DNA of 64,000 nucleotides from Amoebidium appalachense (GCA_963693365.1 CAVNZM010000011.1:6343921-6407920); one strand, 5' to 3'. Positions 1-43,900 are shown, counted from the stretch's first letter. Numbers and translations are program-made. Notes: generated from the letters alone by a model not told the origin.

Positions 1-3434
<3,434 letters not shown>

Positions 3435-3858
3435 CTTCGGCCTAAAAAAGTTGAATCAGATGAGATGTTCGAGCGCGTTTATCCGGGGTAAACGGTGAGG
3501 CCAGACGTGTACACGTCGGGGTTACCTAATTCAAATTTGAGCGAGGATTTCTTTTCTGGTAATCATGTAAGTCAGGATGTTCATCTAAAGTTAGGACAAT
3601 ACCACAAAAGAGTGGATGACAGTGGTGGTGGTGGTGGTGGCGGGGTTGGGGGGAGGGGGAGGGGATTAACGGGAGGGGTTTTTGTAGTTCCTGCAGCTGC
3701 TTTTACCGAAACGGTAACAAGACCGCACATAGATATAGATGTGCCTGCAACTAATAGGTATTCTATTGTATACAAGTAGTGTCCAAAATTTGAACGAAGT
3801 GTAGGCTTAATCTTCCCAATTTGAAGCTTGCCCTCAGCAGAATCGCAATAGAGCGGTA

Positions 3859-3886
3859 TGACGTCATCATAAATTTTGGCGCCAAA
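3859..3886. promoter_or_regulatory. CRE palindrome (TGACGTCA) next to an E2F-like palindrome (TTTTGGCGCCAAA) upstream of the PPOX2-like gene
   Basis: Motifs at 3859-3866 and 3874-3886, about 430 bp upstream of the ATG in unique sequence; function is inferred. Confidence 0.35.
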
Positions 3887-4219
3887 TTTTCCTGCGCATT
3901 GGGCATGTCCCCGCCCCAAGGCCTGCTAAACAGCACTCCATTTAGGAGGCCTTGCCCCGCCCTCTTCCCGGCCTCATTATTTTCTGTTGCCAGGCTTCAA
4001 GCGAAAGCTAGGGTACAGTCGGTGCTAAGTGTAGGACGGTAGTTCGCGGACCCCTAATTAAGGCCCCCCTCCCCCTAGCCCTCACCCCTCCCTCCCCCTC
4101 CCCCCCCCCCCCCCCCCCCCTTCCCCTCCCCCCTGCCCCCCCCTCCCCCCCTCCCCCTCCCCCTCCCCCCGGACCAAAACGGGATTTAAAAAAAAAGCCA
4201 GAAATGTGCGTGTGTGTGT

Positions 4220-4460
4220 CCAGCAAGCAGCACCAGCCCCCACCCAGCCAGCAGCACCGGCCACCACCCTGCCAGCGAGCTAGCACCAGCCCCCACCCTG
4301 CCAGTAACATCAGCCCCCACCCAGCCAGCATCACCGGCCTCCACCCAGCCACCAGCACCAGCCCCCACAGCCAGCAGCACCAGCCCCCACCCAGCCAGAA
4401 GCACCGGCCCCCACCCAGCCAGCAGCACCAGCCAACACCCCACCAGCAGCACCAACCCTC
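4220..4460. repeat. Degenerate ~24-bp minisatellite (cagcaccagcccccacccagccag)
   Basis: Roughly ten imperfect tandem units, lying upstream of the LINE remnant. Confidence 0.8.
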
Positions 4461-4639
4461 ATCCACCCATTAGCAGGGCCCAATCCACCCAACTACAGCC
4501 CCTGGCCAACCAGCAGCAGTCTTGCAACCACATCCGAGCGACCAACCACCAGCAGCACCCCTCCCGTCGATGCATCCCCCGACCACCAACACCCACCACA
4601 ACACAGCCCGATACACCCACCCACCCCAGTACACAGTGA

Positions 4640-6423
4640 GACCTGTGACCCCCACCGGTACCGACCTAGTGGACTCCAGCACAGCCACCACATGGGCCAT
4701 GGCCATGGCACAATGGCCGCCCACCAGCCCCATCACCATCTACACGGACGGCAGCCGCATTTCTACAGGGCCACAACCAACAGCCGGGGCAGGAGCAGTG
4801 CTAGATACCCCGGACATAACCACCGTCATCACCGCATCAACCTCGGACCATGGACGGCAGAGTCCTTGACAAGTGCAGAGGTGACCGGCATCCTCCTGGG
4901 GCTCACCCTCACCCCCCCGGCCGACAGCTGACCATCATGACCATCAAGCTGGACAGCCAGGCAGCCATCAAGGAGTGGCGCCGCTTCAACAACCCCCACC
5001 TACCCCTACGCCGACGGCTACGAGTCCCCAACTTCAACGAATGGAGCCACATAGCCTACCTCGTCCAGACAAGACAGGGCACCTTCACCTTGGAGTGGGT
5101 GAAAGGCCACCAGACCGGCACCACCCGGGAGGCAACCCGGAACAACCAGGCAGACGTGGCAGCCAAGGCCGGCACCAGCCTCCCGTAGTACCCCAACCCC
5201 CTCCCCCGGGCCCCCACCACCCCCCAGCACCTACCCACCATCCAACACCACTTCGTCCCAGGCAGCCTACCCACCACCCTCCGGCAACTAGGCCACCACT
5301 GCATTACCACATGGGCCAACCAGCTGCCCTCCCTCCGGATCATCACCGATCCCAGGATCACCACCAAGGAGAGACGAAATTTATCACTGGCCGCCAATCG
5401 AATGCACTGCAACCCAGCCCAAGAGCACCACACGGCTCGCCGTTTCAAGATGGCCAGAGGCCTCCTACCAACAATGCACCGACTGCACCGAGACCACCCC
5501 AAGCAGTACCCGTCTTCGGCATGCCCCCGGTGCAAAGCAACGAGCGAAACCCAACTCCACCTCTGGACGTGCCCCCACAATGACCCAGTGACCCCTACAA
5601 TGCAGACCCTAGTGGAGGACACCATCCACAAGACGGTGACTCAATGCACCACCCGACAGGGACAGGATGGCCCCTGGGCCATCACCCAACAGATCGTAGC
5701 CAACCTACCGTGGCGGCACCTCACCAGCCCCACCTGCCTCCCAGCAGCACCCCCCTCAACACAAGAATGGATCAGTAGAGGGCTATGCCCCAGGGACATC
5801 ACTCTACCCCCAGCCCTCGACAGGCACCCCCGAGTCCGAGACACCCTATTGGCTAATCTGTCCCAGTGTGTATCCGTTATTTTTCTTTGAATATATCTGG
5901 AAACCTAGATATAGAACACTACACCCAAACCCCACAACCAAACCCAAACATAAAGCCCACAAAAACACACAAGCTACCCGCAGGAAGCAGCCACGCACAA
6001 CACCTAGAGCCAAAAACCCCCCCACCCACACCCTACCAGCCCTGCCCCAATTGCAGATACACCCACCGCAAAATAGATTGCAACCCCCACCACACATACA
6101 GACACACAGCAACCACCACAACCCTACACGGCATGGGGAACCACATACATCCCACCACTCTCAACCCAACAGCACCATCACACCACGTTAGACCCCCGTC
6201 AGCAGCCATGTGAATTTTCGGACACGGGCCCCCCCCATAGCTAAACTACAACTAGCTAGAACCAAACCCCCCCGCATCTCTTGTAAATAGTATAGTCCGA
6301 TCGTTCTGCCATTCTGTCTGGCGGGCTCAGTCTAGAACGTAGGTATATAGTTCCCATGGGGCTGGTACCCACCACTAGACGGCGGTACTGAATAAGACCT
6401 TAAATGAAAAGGTTCAAATCAAA
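4640..6423 (+). mobile_element. 5'-truncated, decayed non-LTR retrotransposon with RNase H and C-terminal zinc finger
   Basis: Across frameshifts: IYTDGS...AEVTGI...LDSQAAI...LEWVKGHQ...NNQADVAAK (RNase H), then GLLPTMHRL...CPRCKATSETQLHLWTCP (zf-RVT-like). Stops and frameshifts are present; the 3' UTR abuts a (TG)n tract. Confidence 0.85.
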
Positions 6424-6569
6424 TGTGTGTGTGTGTGTGTGTGTGTGTGCTGTGTGCGTGTGTTTGTACGTGTTTGTGTTTGTGTGTTGTGCATGCGCCT
6501 GTGTGTGCATAAGTGTGTGTGTGTGCACGCGCACGTGTGTGTGTGCGTGCGCGCGCATGTGCGTGAGCG

Positions 6570-7063
6570 TGAGCGTCTTTGACCCTTCCCCAGCAAAGCA
6601 GGCTCTTTACGACGAGTTTTACGCTGCTACAAATGTGCTTGTGGTTAACGAGGGGGAGGCAGGTGAGCTATGATGTCTGGTATTTCTGTGAATGGGTTGA
6701 AAGACGCGGAAAAGGCGGCTAAAGTACTTCTTGCCAAGCCTGGGGGTGGCCGATGACTCATCACTGATCGGGTGACTATGGGCGGTGACGGTATTGTATA
6801 TCTCGGAAAGAAAATGGGAAATTCGGAGTATATCCCGGCTGTTAAAGGTGCCTAAAGTGGTTGATACGGCAGGCGCAGGTGATGCCTTTTTAGGCGCTCT
6901 TGCGTATTTTTCCGGTATGGTGGGTGCAAACGGTGAGAGAATGGGTATGGTGGATGCCATAGGCAGAGCCAATCAGGTGGCGGCGGTGACGGTGCAGCGC
7001 TACGGCACACAGGCCTCGTACCCTGCAAGGAGTGAGCTGCCTGCGGAGTTGTTCCGCATGTAG
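6570..7063 (+). pseudogene. Ribokinase (PfkB family) C-terminal half, disrupted
   Basis: VFDPSPA...VVNEGEA / MSGISVNGLKDAEKAAKVLL...VTMGGDG / VVDTAGAGDAFLGALA...AIGRANQVAAVTVQRYGTQASYP. Two frameshifts (~6665, ~6848) and an in-frame TGA (~6753); no N-terminal half found. Confidence 0.8.
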
Positions 7064-7271
7064 TTGTGTTTTCATGGTATATATACAACACTGTTTTCCC
7101 TTTTTCTTTTTTCTATTTCTTCTTTCATTTTTTTCTCCTTTTTTTTGCAGTTTTTATTGAAGTTACTAGAGCTTGTTTCTTTTTACACGTTCTTATTCAC
7201 GGCCTTTTTTTTTTTCCCCGCACAGCGAAAATTATCGTTTCTATTGACATTCTTTCCCATCCCCCCCTCCC

Positions 7272-7312
<41 letters not shown>

Positions 7313-8180
7313 ACACGGCCCCATGTTGAAACACACACCCCTAGTGTGTGTAAATTCGTTTTGGCTGGTGCCAGTATAATTACGAAGAGTTAATTTAATT
7401 TGATTTACCAAATTTTAAGGATGGCCCTTATAGAGCCACCAACCGTTAAATTTTTATGCCTTTTTTAATTTTTGGCTGTGTCAAGAGCCACTTGTTGGAC
7501 CTAATTAACCTCTTTAAAAGTTAGGGACAGAATTTTCGGAGGTTCAGACACAAATCAACTTCTGCAGCCATAAACAACCTAATTTAACAGCCTGCACAGG
7601 GACATGGTGCGCATCCACCTAGAAAGTCGGAACCAGGAAGATGGGGCCCTGAAAGCAGGGGAATCGAAACACGTGTGAAAATCCCTGGGGGTGGGGCGGG
7701 TGGTGGTGGTGGTGATGGGACGGGTGGGGGTGGGGGGTGGGGGGGGAGGGGGGAGGCGGGAAATGGGTGGTGGTGGTGATCTCTGGAGTGACTTCGTTCC
7801 CCCAACGCTCCATGCATGAGCAACGCTCATGTGCACACAAGCGTTATTCTCTGTGCAAGTTTTATTTGTCTCGCTTCTTTAAATACATCATATGGGACAT
7901 CTCGAAAAATACTCAAAAGTGGTAAACAGGACTCGTTATTGCACTATTCCAAAACCCCGGAAATCATCCCAATATCACGGAATTTATCCCGAAAAAAAGC
8001 GAATTGCTCAAAAATCCCATGATCCAATAGATCTCCACCGCTGCGTCAGCTGGAGTTAGACTATCTCGTTACCTACAGATACATATGTGCCTACTCCACT
8101 CACTCACTACTAGAGCTGAAGTCATACATACTACATGTGTATACAAATGTGTGACCATCAGCAGCACATCCCCCCCCCCT

Positions 8181-8211
<31 letters not shown>

Positions 8212-8407
8212 CCAGGTATAGAGCCAACCCAAAAAACCAATCGAATACCTACACTAAAAAATAAAATTTTAATACGGCATGTACCTATATTACACTCATT
8301 TTTACGCCAGATGCTGCGCCTGCTTCTTCTGTGCCGGGCTACAAGGTGAGAAAAAAGACTCCTAAGCCATATCCAACCTGGATTTCAATTAGACGGCTGC
8401 AACCTTG

Positions 8408-8481
<74 letters not shown>

Positions 8482-8719
8482 TGTGCCTGCACGCGGCGGT
8501 GTGCATGTGTGCATGTATGTGCATGTGCACGAGGGTCCACACGTGCCGATAGGTGTGTGTGTGCGTGCATGCGTACGCGCGGCGTGTGTGCAAGTAATCA
8601 TCGTTGGAATAGGAGTCGAGGTTTGTGTTTGTGTGGAGATGGCATAGGGACTGGAATTCATATACAAATACTGCAATTCTTCCCACATTTTTTTTTCTCG
8701 TTTTTCTCCCTCCCATTCC

Positions 8720-26307
<17,588 letters not shown>

Positions 26308-26963
26308 CTGGATAAGATCCACCAAATTTGGTCAAAAAAGATGCGGATGCGTGCCCCAGCGTCGTGGAATGAGGGGTTGGTTGGAAAGGGGAGTGGAAAG
26401 ATGAATATGACGCGTGGTGGGGGTGGTGGCGGTCGGTTTTTTTTTTTTTTTTTTTTTTTTTTGTGGGGGGGGGGGGGGGGGGGGGGGAGAAAGGGGGAAT
26501 TCTTAAGGTATCTGTGCATTTTTTTTTTTTTTTTTGCGGGGGGTGGGGGGGGGGGGTAGGGGGGGGAAAGGGGGGTTTGTTGTTTGGGGCGGGGGGGGGG
26601 GGGGGGGGAGGGGTGAGGCAGGAGGAGGAGGGGGGGGGCTGAATGCGCCATAAAGTACGAGGGGGGAGGGGCGGAGAGGGGGGTTTGCAGCAGGATGTTC
26701 GAAGGTGATAGTGGTAGGATGTGGAAGAGAGCGGGGAGGGGGGGGGGGGGGGGGGGTTCTTCTCGTGTGGGTGGAGTGGGTGGTGATTGGAAGGGGCTGA
26801 AGGAGCAAGAGCAGATGGTGGGAGAGCATGAGGAGTGAGGTGAGTTTCGATTGATGAGGAGGAGAAAGAGGGGCAAGAGAGAGAGGGATAACGGAATAAA
26901 GAGAGGCAGGCAGAGTAAGAAGAAGGTCATGGGAGTCAAGAATGTTCTTTTCTGTGTGTGTGT

Positions 26964-26995
<32 letters not shown>

Positions 26996-27714
26996 AGGGA
27001 GAGAGATGGCTTCGTTGACCTGCACGTCATGGATAGAGCACCCAAAGGTAAAACAAGAGGAACATAAAGGCTTTACTTGGGTTTGGGTTCCGTAGGCAAA
27101 ACGTACATTTGTTACTTCATTGCCAAGAAAGTGGAAACTATATTTTCAGGCTTATACCCCTCCCCCTCCCACCCACCCACCCCACCCCTGCCCCTAACCC
27201 CCCCACCCCACCCCGCCCCTCTCGCTACATCCCACCGTGGGCCTGGACCCTCCCCCTCCCCCCCCCCCCTCCCCCTACCCCCCCCCCCCCTCCCCTTCCT
27301 TTCTCCCCCCCCCCCCCCCCCCCCCCCCCCTCCCTCTCCACCCGTTGAAACCGAACGTAACACCAAACTGTTCAGCCATACCACTGATCATTCTGCCTCT
27401 CTATAACCCGGTAAGTGAACTTATGCCAGGCTTGTCTTATACAGGATAGGGTAGGGTGTCCACCTTTTCCTCAGTGACGTACACGTCTGGGGCCGACATT
27501 CTTTTAATTTTCGGTAGCCGTACTCTCCTAAGCTGAAGCTCAACTACCAATGGGAGACTTTATGGCGCTATACTGTGTGTATGTATGGAATGGCAAACCT
27601 AGGATCACAGGAAAGACAAGACTCTTATAGTTCCGGGTGATAATCAAAAATATGTTTGACTCCACGATCCAAGAATCAAGCTTCCACTCAGCTCCTATTT
27701 CAAGCTTCTTTGCA

Positions 27715-28100
27715 CGTTCACTGCCCTGGGCGACCTCGAAAAGAGCAAGCGATGCTCCCGGGCCCGAACGGGTTCAGCAAAAGAACACAAGAGTTGTGAC
27801 TACAAAGAAAGGAAAGTGACGATATCAAGACAATGTTCGTGTTGTGGTCAAAATGGGTGTGTTCTTCCAGGTTTGCAGAAGATGCACGTGTTGAGCACCG
27901 ATGTCACCAAACAAAGAAGCCCAAACAAAAGCGGCAGAGGTAAGAAAACGGCAGAAAGCGACGGAGAGAAGAAACGGGAGAATCAACAATCCTCTATCAC
28001 ATGCGCATCTCTCACTCTGTCTCTCTGTCACTGTGGCAAACAAAGGTCGTCACGGTGTACGTACAGCTCTGCCGGCCAGCTGTTTGATAGAGGCCCCGAT
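27715..28100 (+). mobile_element. Possible decayed transposase C-terminus (MULE-like)
   Basis: PGRPRK followed, after a frame break, by RQCSCCGQNG and another Cys cluster; short motifs only. Confidence 0.25.
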
Positions 28101-28838
28101 CGTAAATACAAAAAAAAGCCCTCTGATGTGGCCAAGTTCAATATTTCAAAAGAAGCGCCGACCTAATAACAATGAAGATTGATGATCGATTGGAATTCGA
28201 GATCGGGGCGTGAGCCATTCCGTCACCAGGAGACTATTCTCACCAAAAGGCCTACATGATATACACAACTTTAAGGTGTTTAGTAATTGCTTTATTCCGC
28301 TTTTTTGCCTTTAAAATAGATCAAAAGAGGTTTTAGTGTGCATTAAAATCAAGTTGGTTTCAAAGTAATCGGCGCATCGGCATCTTGAACGGTCGTCATT
28401 GATTGGTCCAACGCGCAACACTGCGGCTTCAAATCTTGCGCACTTACTTATCAGGCCCTAAATTCGACCATATGAGTGTCCACAATGTACATGGAGGGCG
28501 CCGGTATCATGCAACTTGTACACGATGTTCTCATATGTGCAGGCAAAAAAAAGGTGCAAAAGGGGTAGAAAGAATTGCTGTATTCTTAAATTTACAGATA
28601 ACGAATAATAGATTTATGAGTAATCACATTTGCTATCGATAAAAAAGGTCCTTAAAAAAAGGTGTTGCGAGCTTCAATTGGAGCCCCGCTTGAATATATA
28701 TTTTATATTGACTTTATTGATCACAATGCTCATGAAAAGAGATGCAATCCGGAGATATCACAGATAACTCAGAGAAGAAAATACAAAAATCCCTACTCAT
28801 GGATACGGAGGAGATAACGACTCAAATAATCTTCTCTT

Positions 28839-29531
28839 TCATGAGCATATCAATAAAGTCATTAAAAAAAAAAAATCATACACCCTAGAAAACTCGTTAA
28901 ACATACGGTGGTGTAACAGATAGTCAATAGAAGTAATATCAGGATGATCTAAATAAGCTAGTCTGCGAATTTCTAACGGAAGAATCTGAGATAAATAAAT
29001 ACATTTATCTAGATGTTTACGAGAAAAAGGTTCTGCACAAAAGTGACACAAACATTTATGGAAACTAAGGTTACAACGCCAAAATAAACATTTCCAAGCA
29101 ATATCACAAGAAGGGGTTAGAATTGCAAAATCGGCAAGTGTGGTAGGTTTACGAGAGGAAGGATGAATATAAGTAGCTAATTTACATAACGATTGTAGAG
29201 AAAATAGGCGAATCTCTAATATAAAAAGAAGCACAGGCTCAAGAGTCCTACCATGATATTCTTTATCAAAACGATGAAGCAAAGGATATTGAGTATGAAA
29301 CCAAGTAACATACTGCTGATAAATAGGGGAAGAGAAAAATAAAGGAGACAAATATTTAAAAGGATATCTCTGAATGGGAGATAGATTGGGTACAGCACGA
29401 ACATTAGAAATGGGAACAGGGTCTATACAGGTAAATTTGACAAACACCCCTGTTGCTATTTTTTGATTGGATTTACCCTTATCTGGTGGAGTCACCACGA
29501 GAACCGTGACGAGCTCTGGCAGCTGAGTCAA
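28839..29531 (-). mobile_element. AT-rich intronless ORF, probable C-terminus of a non-LTR retrotransposon ORF2
   Basis: 230-aa ORF with CHFC...FSRKHLDKC zinc knuckle followed by IDYLL; composition unlike host exons; no RT core seen. Confidence 0.45.
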
Positions 29532-31069
29532 CTGAGACTTCGGAACTGGTGGAGAGCTAGCGGAAGGGCTTTCTAACTGCTATAGGATTGGATAGGTGTG
29601 CTTGAATATCTCTTGGTTTAACGTTTGTGTTTAGCTTTATAGGCGTAAGCGAAGGATTTTTACCAGCTACCCGTTTATTTCCGTGCTTTTGAGTTCACAA
29701 GTGGGACGGAGTTGTGCGTCTTCTCCGGCAAAGTGGAGCCTCTAGTGGCAGGTACATTCAAGCGATCAATTCGTTCCCATGGTTTCGTTGATGTGTGGCT
29801 ATCTAACCATTTGTCCTCTATTCAAGGCAGGAAACACAGAGGATAGAATTTAGTCAAGATTTGCGTTTGAATAGACTCTTCGGTGTTTCTTTTTGTGTGT
29901 GTGAAACGAGTGAGGGCGCTGAGTTGGATCTGTGCATTTTTAGTAACCGGCCCTTTTCAACGGGTCTACCTGAGTAGTTCCAGGTTCTTGTTACTGCGTG
30001 ACCGGACGATGTGTTCCTCTGGTCGCTTTTAAGAGACCCCGGAAGCTGGAATCTTGGAGACGAAGATCTCCAAGGGGAATTTGGCTTTGCACTTGCTCCG
30101 GCATCATCCGGTTGTTTGTCTCTGGGATCTGGGTGTTGCCGTGAGCGAGGTTACTCATCCTCCGTTTTCATTTTTGCCAGGGATAGTCTCTTCTACGCAG
30201 CTAAGACCAGAATACGTCAAATCAAGGGCACATACTAGCCGTTTCCACTATTGTGTAAAGGTAAGGATTGAATGATCACTTCGGAGAGTAACCGAAGGAG
30301 TGAGAGTGAAAAAGTGCTGAATGTGAAGGTTAGCAAATAGGAAAGGAATGCAGGCACGACGAGCTATGAAACACTGTGTCATAACTGTAATCAATGAGTT
30401 CGCTGTAATAATGGAGAGCTGATCACTAGGTATACACGTGTTGCATCATCACATAATGCCGTTTCTGCTCTTCATTCACATCTTCATTTTAGTTTCCTTG
30501 TCTGTAAGGCGCTTGATTTCTCCTTTTCCCCTTCATCCTCCTTTTTCCAGCTCCAGATTTCGAGGTTCTCTTTTTGAACAACCACTCATTCTCCGTTGCA
30601 GGTATATATAACACGCTTGTCAGCTGAGGGCAAGGGAACGGTGCGACATGTTCCTACTTGAGCGCATCACGGGCTGAGTGTTCTCATCACTGCCCCCTAG
30701 TTCTGCCTTTACGGCTGAGTGGGGGAGTAGTATGAATGGGCCAAAGGGCAGGGGACCTAGTCCAAAAATGTCTCCTAACCCAGGTATGTAGTTGGAATTG
30801 GCTGCTCTGGCGAGCGTGCTTCTATGTGGGCACCCCTGCTTGCTTTCCTTCTCCTCCCATTCATCCTATCCCCCCCCCCCCCCCCCCCCCCCCCCCGCGG
30901 GCCCGCCCCTTTCTCCGTAACTTCGTCTCTGATATACACATGTCGGGTTATGGGCAAAGCTCCTATGAAGTTCTTGTTTTGCCCCCCCTGGCCCCCCCCC
31001 CCTTCCCCCCCCCACCAACAAAAAAAGAAAAAAGAAAAGAAAAGAAAAGGAAAAAAAAAAAAAAAAAAG

Positions 31070-31102
<33 letters not shown>

Positions 31103-31110
31103 ATCAACAC

Positions 31111-31184
<74 letters not shown>

Positions 31185-31305
31185 ACATAGAAACACAGAA
31201 CTTGTGTTCCCTAAGCTATGCTATGCCCCTTCTTGGTGATTAAGAAGGTGCTGAATTTGGGCGCTCTGTGTGGGAAACGGGGCACACACGCACGCGCACC
31301 CACAG

Positions 31306-31371
<66 letters not shown>

Positions 31372-31781
31372 ACCCACACCCACCCACACACACACACACA
31401 CACAAGTGCGCACGCGCGTGCACGCACACACACAAACATCTACACTCTCAGACATGCAACTACATATACACTCACGTGCTCATGCACCCACCCCTATTAC
31501 AGAGTCACCCACGGACACACACAGACACATCTACACGCACGTGCGTGTACACGCGCAGACACACACACATACGCGAGCGCGTGCACACACACACACAAAC
31601 ACACAAACACAAAAAAAAAAAAAGAAGAAGAAGAAGGCCCTACAAGCAAACAGCCCTCTTTTTCACATAAGTGCACCTGAAAGCCCACTCCTAAACACAC
31701 AAACTGGCACACACACACGCAAACAAACACGTACACGTACACACGCGCTCGCATGTACACACACACCACACACACACACCA

Positions 31782-31923
<142 letters not shown>

Positions 31924-32000
31924 TGTGGGTCGAAGCGCACTTGGGTGGGGTTGCTCACCCACACAGGTACCTACGTCCGCAAGATCCTCTCCTTCTCCTC

Positions 32001-32031
<31 letters not shown>

Positions 32032-32150
32032 AACAAAAAAAAACCACTCCACTCCTTTTTCCTACACGTTTACACCCCCACCTCCATCTACAGCAAAAAT
32101 CCCCCCCCCCCCCCCCCTGAAATTACATAATCAAACCTCTGCCTCCGCAG

Positions 32151-39889
<7,739 letters not shown>

Positions 39890-40044
39890 CCTGTGTTTGA
39901 CTGTCTTTGGCTAGTTTGTTGTTTTTGATGTTGCGTTTCTCCTCCTCCTTCTTGTTGTTGTTTTTTCTTTTCTTTTCTTTCTTTTCCTCTTTTTCATTTT
40001 CTTTTCTTTCTTTCTTTCTTTCTTTCTTTCTTTATTTATTTATT

Positions 40045-40084
<40 letters not shown>

Positions 40085-41745
40085 TTTTTCCTGTGGTCAT
40101 CCCTCCGACTGCCTTCGTCATGATGCGTCAAATAGTTCTATTTTTCTTTCGTTCCTCCCTTTCTCTTTTTTTCTTTTTTGCTCGACATCTTGGTTACCTA
40201 TTTGACCTATTGCAGGCAATAATTGTTGTATTACTCTTGCAGATACTGTTCATTTATCTTATGATTTGAGTATGGCTATGTAGTACTTTTATCTGTCGAA
40301 TGATTGCCGGCGAGGTGTTTCAGTAGGGACAGTCCTGCAAGGTTCCGCCCCCACCGTGTGGATGTCATATTTTTAATATGGACATAGACATATACATATA
40401 TTATATATTACATAACATATACCCTTGTTTGCCGATAATTGGAATATCGCCCCTGGTTTTGAATTAGCTTTGGCAAGCTTCTTTATAAATTTCACATTTA
40501 TTGCCTTTACCTTATGCGTTTGTGGTGCTACCCTATAACTAGCAGTGTTGCCAGAGACAGCTTGGTAGAAGAATTTAAACCCCCTCGGTTGAAGTTGTGG
40601 GTTTTGTTTAAATTTCGCATTTAGAATATGTGTGCACGTCGAAAATGGCGGGGCTTGTGATGAATCTGGCCACTATTGTATATACCAAAAACGTAGATGT
40701 GCAACGTTAGCCACGCTTGAAAAACTGACCAATATAATGTCGAGTGCGCACGTCATACACGTGTCATCTTTAATGGGCGCCACTGAACTACATCATGCAA
40801 TACACACAGGTGCGTCCACATGCGCACAGACACTTTAATAATACATCACTAGTTGCACACACACACCCTCCACATGTGCATGTTACTCATAGGCATGTGT
40901 CCGTACACGTGCAAATAGCTCGTGCAAACACAAACACGCAGGGCACATGCGCACACACACACACCCGTGCTCTGCACACACAAACACAAACACCCACATA
41001 CATACACCACACACACACACACACACACACACACAGGCACACACAGGCACACACGCACACATACACACACACAACACACATACACACACCCTGCCTGGGT
41101 TAGATGAAGTATAATATAATCCGGCCACCGGCCGGTGCCCTGTTGCAGTGCGGCGCGCTTGCACCGACCCGACCCGACCCGTTTATGATCTTTCGAATCG
41201 ACCCGGAACTTGCTCTTTCAGCGCGATCGCGAGGGCCGTGATCGCGATCGATGGGAAATCTCCTTATCGTGTGCATTCCTTTGGGTTATCTTTCCGTCGA
41301 ATAAATCCAGTCAAAAGAAAAAGGTTTCGGAAAAGCTGAAACGCGTGAACGAGAGGCCAGAAGAAAGCCTCATTATTAGTAAGTTTCAAACCGAGAATTT
41401 CGATTGTTAGCAAGCAACTTATCAAGAAGTAGCAGATGCATTTCGATGACAACGAGCTTTATACAGTAGAGGAAGGCTTGGCGTGGGAATTGATCTGTTA
41501 ACTTCACCTCCATCCAAGTGGGTGTGCGTGCAGACTTGTTCGTCAAGATTCCGACTGCACCATCTGAGTGATGCCAAACCAGTTGCATGTTTAACTTAGC
41601 GGCACACTTTTCTTGATTTTGTGGAGCCCAACGGTTACTATGCACTTTGGAAGAAGGTAGTGTCTTTTGCAAACAATCTTCAACTAATGTTAGGGATCCG
41701 GCTTTCCACATGTCTGTAGCAGGGAAATAAACATGCACATAAACC

Positions 41746-43864
41746 ATGGCAGGAAGCGGAGGTAGTGACGAAAGAACGAGGTATGCCCTCGTTAACCGCC
41801 CTTCTCGCGAGGGGAAGTTTAGGCATGTTGCCAGGGGCGAATACACCTTTGTGGAGTGGTTGTGGTCATGGGTGTCAAGTAATTCGGTCGTCCACTATTC
41901 CCTCTCTTCTGGTAGTGATCCTGGCGAACTGCCCCTTCCAGCTACAAGCGGGGGATCTCGTGCTGTGGTGACCAGGCGACAAGAGGTAAGTCTAGTTATT
42001 TTTTTTTTTGTGTAAAAAAAAGTTATCCAAAGTTATCCGGTCTTGCTGGGCTAAAAACACATGCATTTCTAGCTTCGAGCCCAGACATCTACAGCTGAAT
42101 TTCTTAATCCTTTTCTTGCTCTTTGACGTGTGTAGAAAACCTACTAGGAATTTTCTCTCCCTGCATAGGTTATCATCCACATACTGTTATAACTCTTGTG
42201 ATTTACTGTGCCTGTTTATCCTGCCACGTCTTTCTCTGACTCTTTGATCAGAGACTTTTGGAGCTCAAGAGTTGTAAGAAGAGGTTCACGTGTTCGGTGA
42301 CGTCATCTGCTTGCTTTAGAGGGTTTCCTTCACGCTACCCCTGTGCACATAAGCATACACGCACTAACAGACCACACTCACTTGAGAGTCCAGAAGGAGT
42401 GTCACATACACCGACAAAACACACAGTCCCCCCCTCCCCCCCCCCCCCCCCCACCTCCCAGCACACACACTCACGCACACGGACACACACACACACACGC
42501 ACACGCACACACACTGACTACGCATACACGCACGCACACACATGCACACACAGACATACAGAGGTGCACACACGCACATATATCCACACAAGATCACTAC
42601 ACGATGTCTTTCATGGAGCTCTACGCTGCCACTCTTTGCTATGCACACATCCACCAACCAAAGAACTCCCCCCCCCCCCCTCCCCCCCTCCCCTTCCACC
42701 CCTCCCCACCCATCCACACACCCAGCCCGGGAATCCCCATGAACACGCACACAGACACACATCTGCACACAGCGTCTTATAGACATCTGGGACAGTTCCG
42801 AAATCCCCCCCCCCCCCCCCCCCCCCCCCCCAACATCCTCCCCCCCCCCCCCTTCCCCCCTCCCCCCCTCCCCCCCCTAAAACGTCTTCCATCGAAGGTG
42901 TCGACCTGTGCTATGTGACTTATTATAGACCCCCCCCCCCCCCCCCCCCCCTTCCTCCCCTCCCACCCCTTCCTCCCAATCTGACATACCCCCTTCCCCC
43001 CCAATCTGCATGATGTTGTCCGTCCTGAATGTGTCCTTCGTAATCTTTAGCATATCTCCCCCCCCCCCACCCCCCCACCCCCCCACCCCTCTGAGGATGG
43101 GCTCTGCTTATGATGCATACCCTTCGTGTGATCTGCACTCTGCATTGTGTTGTCTGTTGTGATGTTCGTACTTTGACTCATTCCCCTCCCCCTCCTAAGC
43201 CATTCCCCTCCCCTTCTCCCCTCCCGTCCCCTCCTTCTCCCCTTCCGTCCCCCCCCCTTCCCCCCTCCCCCCCCCCCCCTGCCCCTTCCCCTTCCCCTTG
43301 TTTTTCCCCTCATCCTCTTTCCTCTGTCCCCAACACCGATCAATTTCTCCGTTTCCCCCCCGCCCTTTCCAGGGGTTGTTTGATTGGGTGTTATTAATTC
43401 TATTTATTATGGTTCGATTTCGTTTTTTTTTTTTTTTTTTTTTTTGGGACGCCTACGGTTCTTGGTGTCTCCTCCATATCACCAACCCTCTAACGCATAC
43501 ATCCCCCCCCCCCCCACCCCCCCCCCACCACCACCACCACCACTACCCCTCTGCCCCCCCCCCCCTCCCCCTCCAGCCCTTCTCCTCTCTCCACCCAATC
43601 CATTGACCAAACACTGATCAATCTCTCCGTTTCTTCCCTTTCCTTCTCCAGGGGATATTTGATTGGGCGTTGGGCTGGCTTGGTATTCCCACCGTCGTGA
43701 GACGGTGCCTACCCGGTGTGGCCACTGGCACAAAGTCATACATCAAGTACTCGAGACTAGCCGCTAAAAAGGTAATTTATCATTTTAAATTTTATGATTT
43801 TTGGTGCTGTAGATGTGTATATGATTGGATAATGAATGTATATGGATTATAGTTTAGCAAAAAT

Positions 43865-43900
<36 letters not shown>

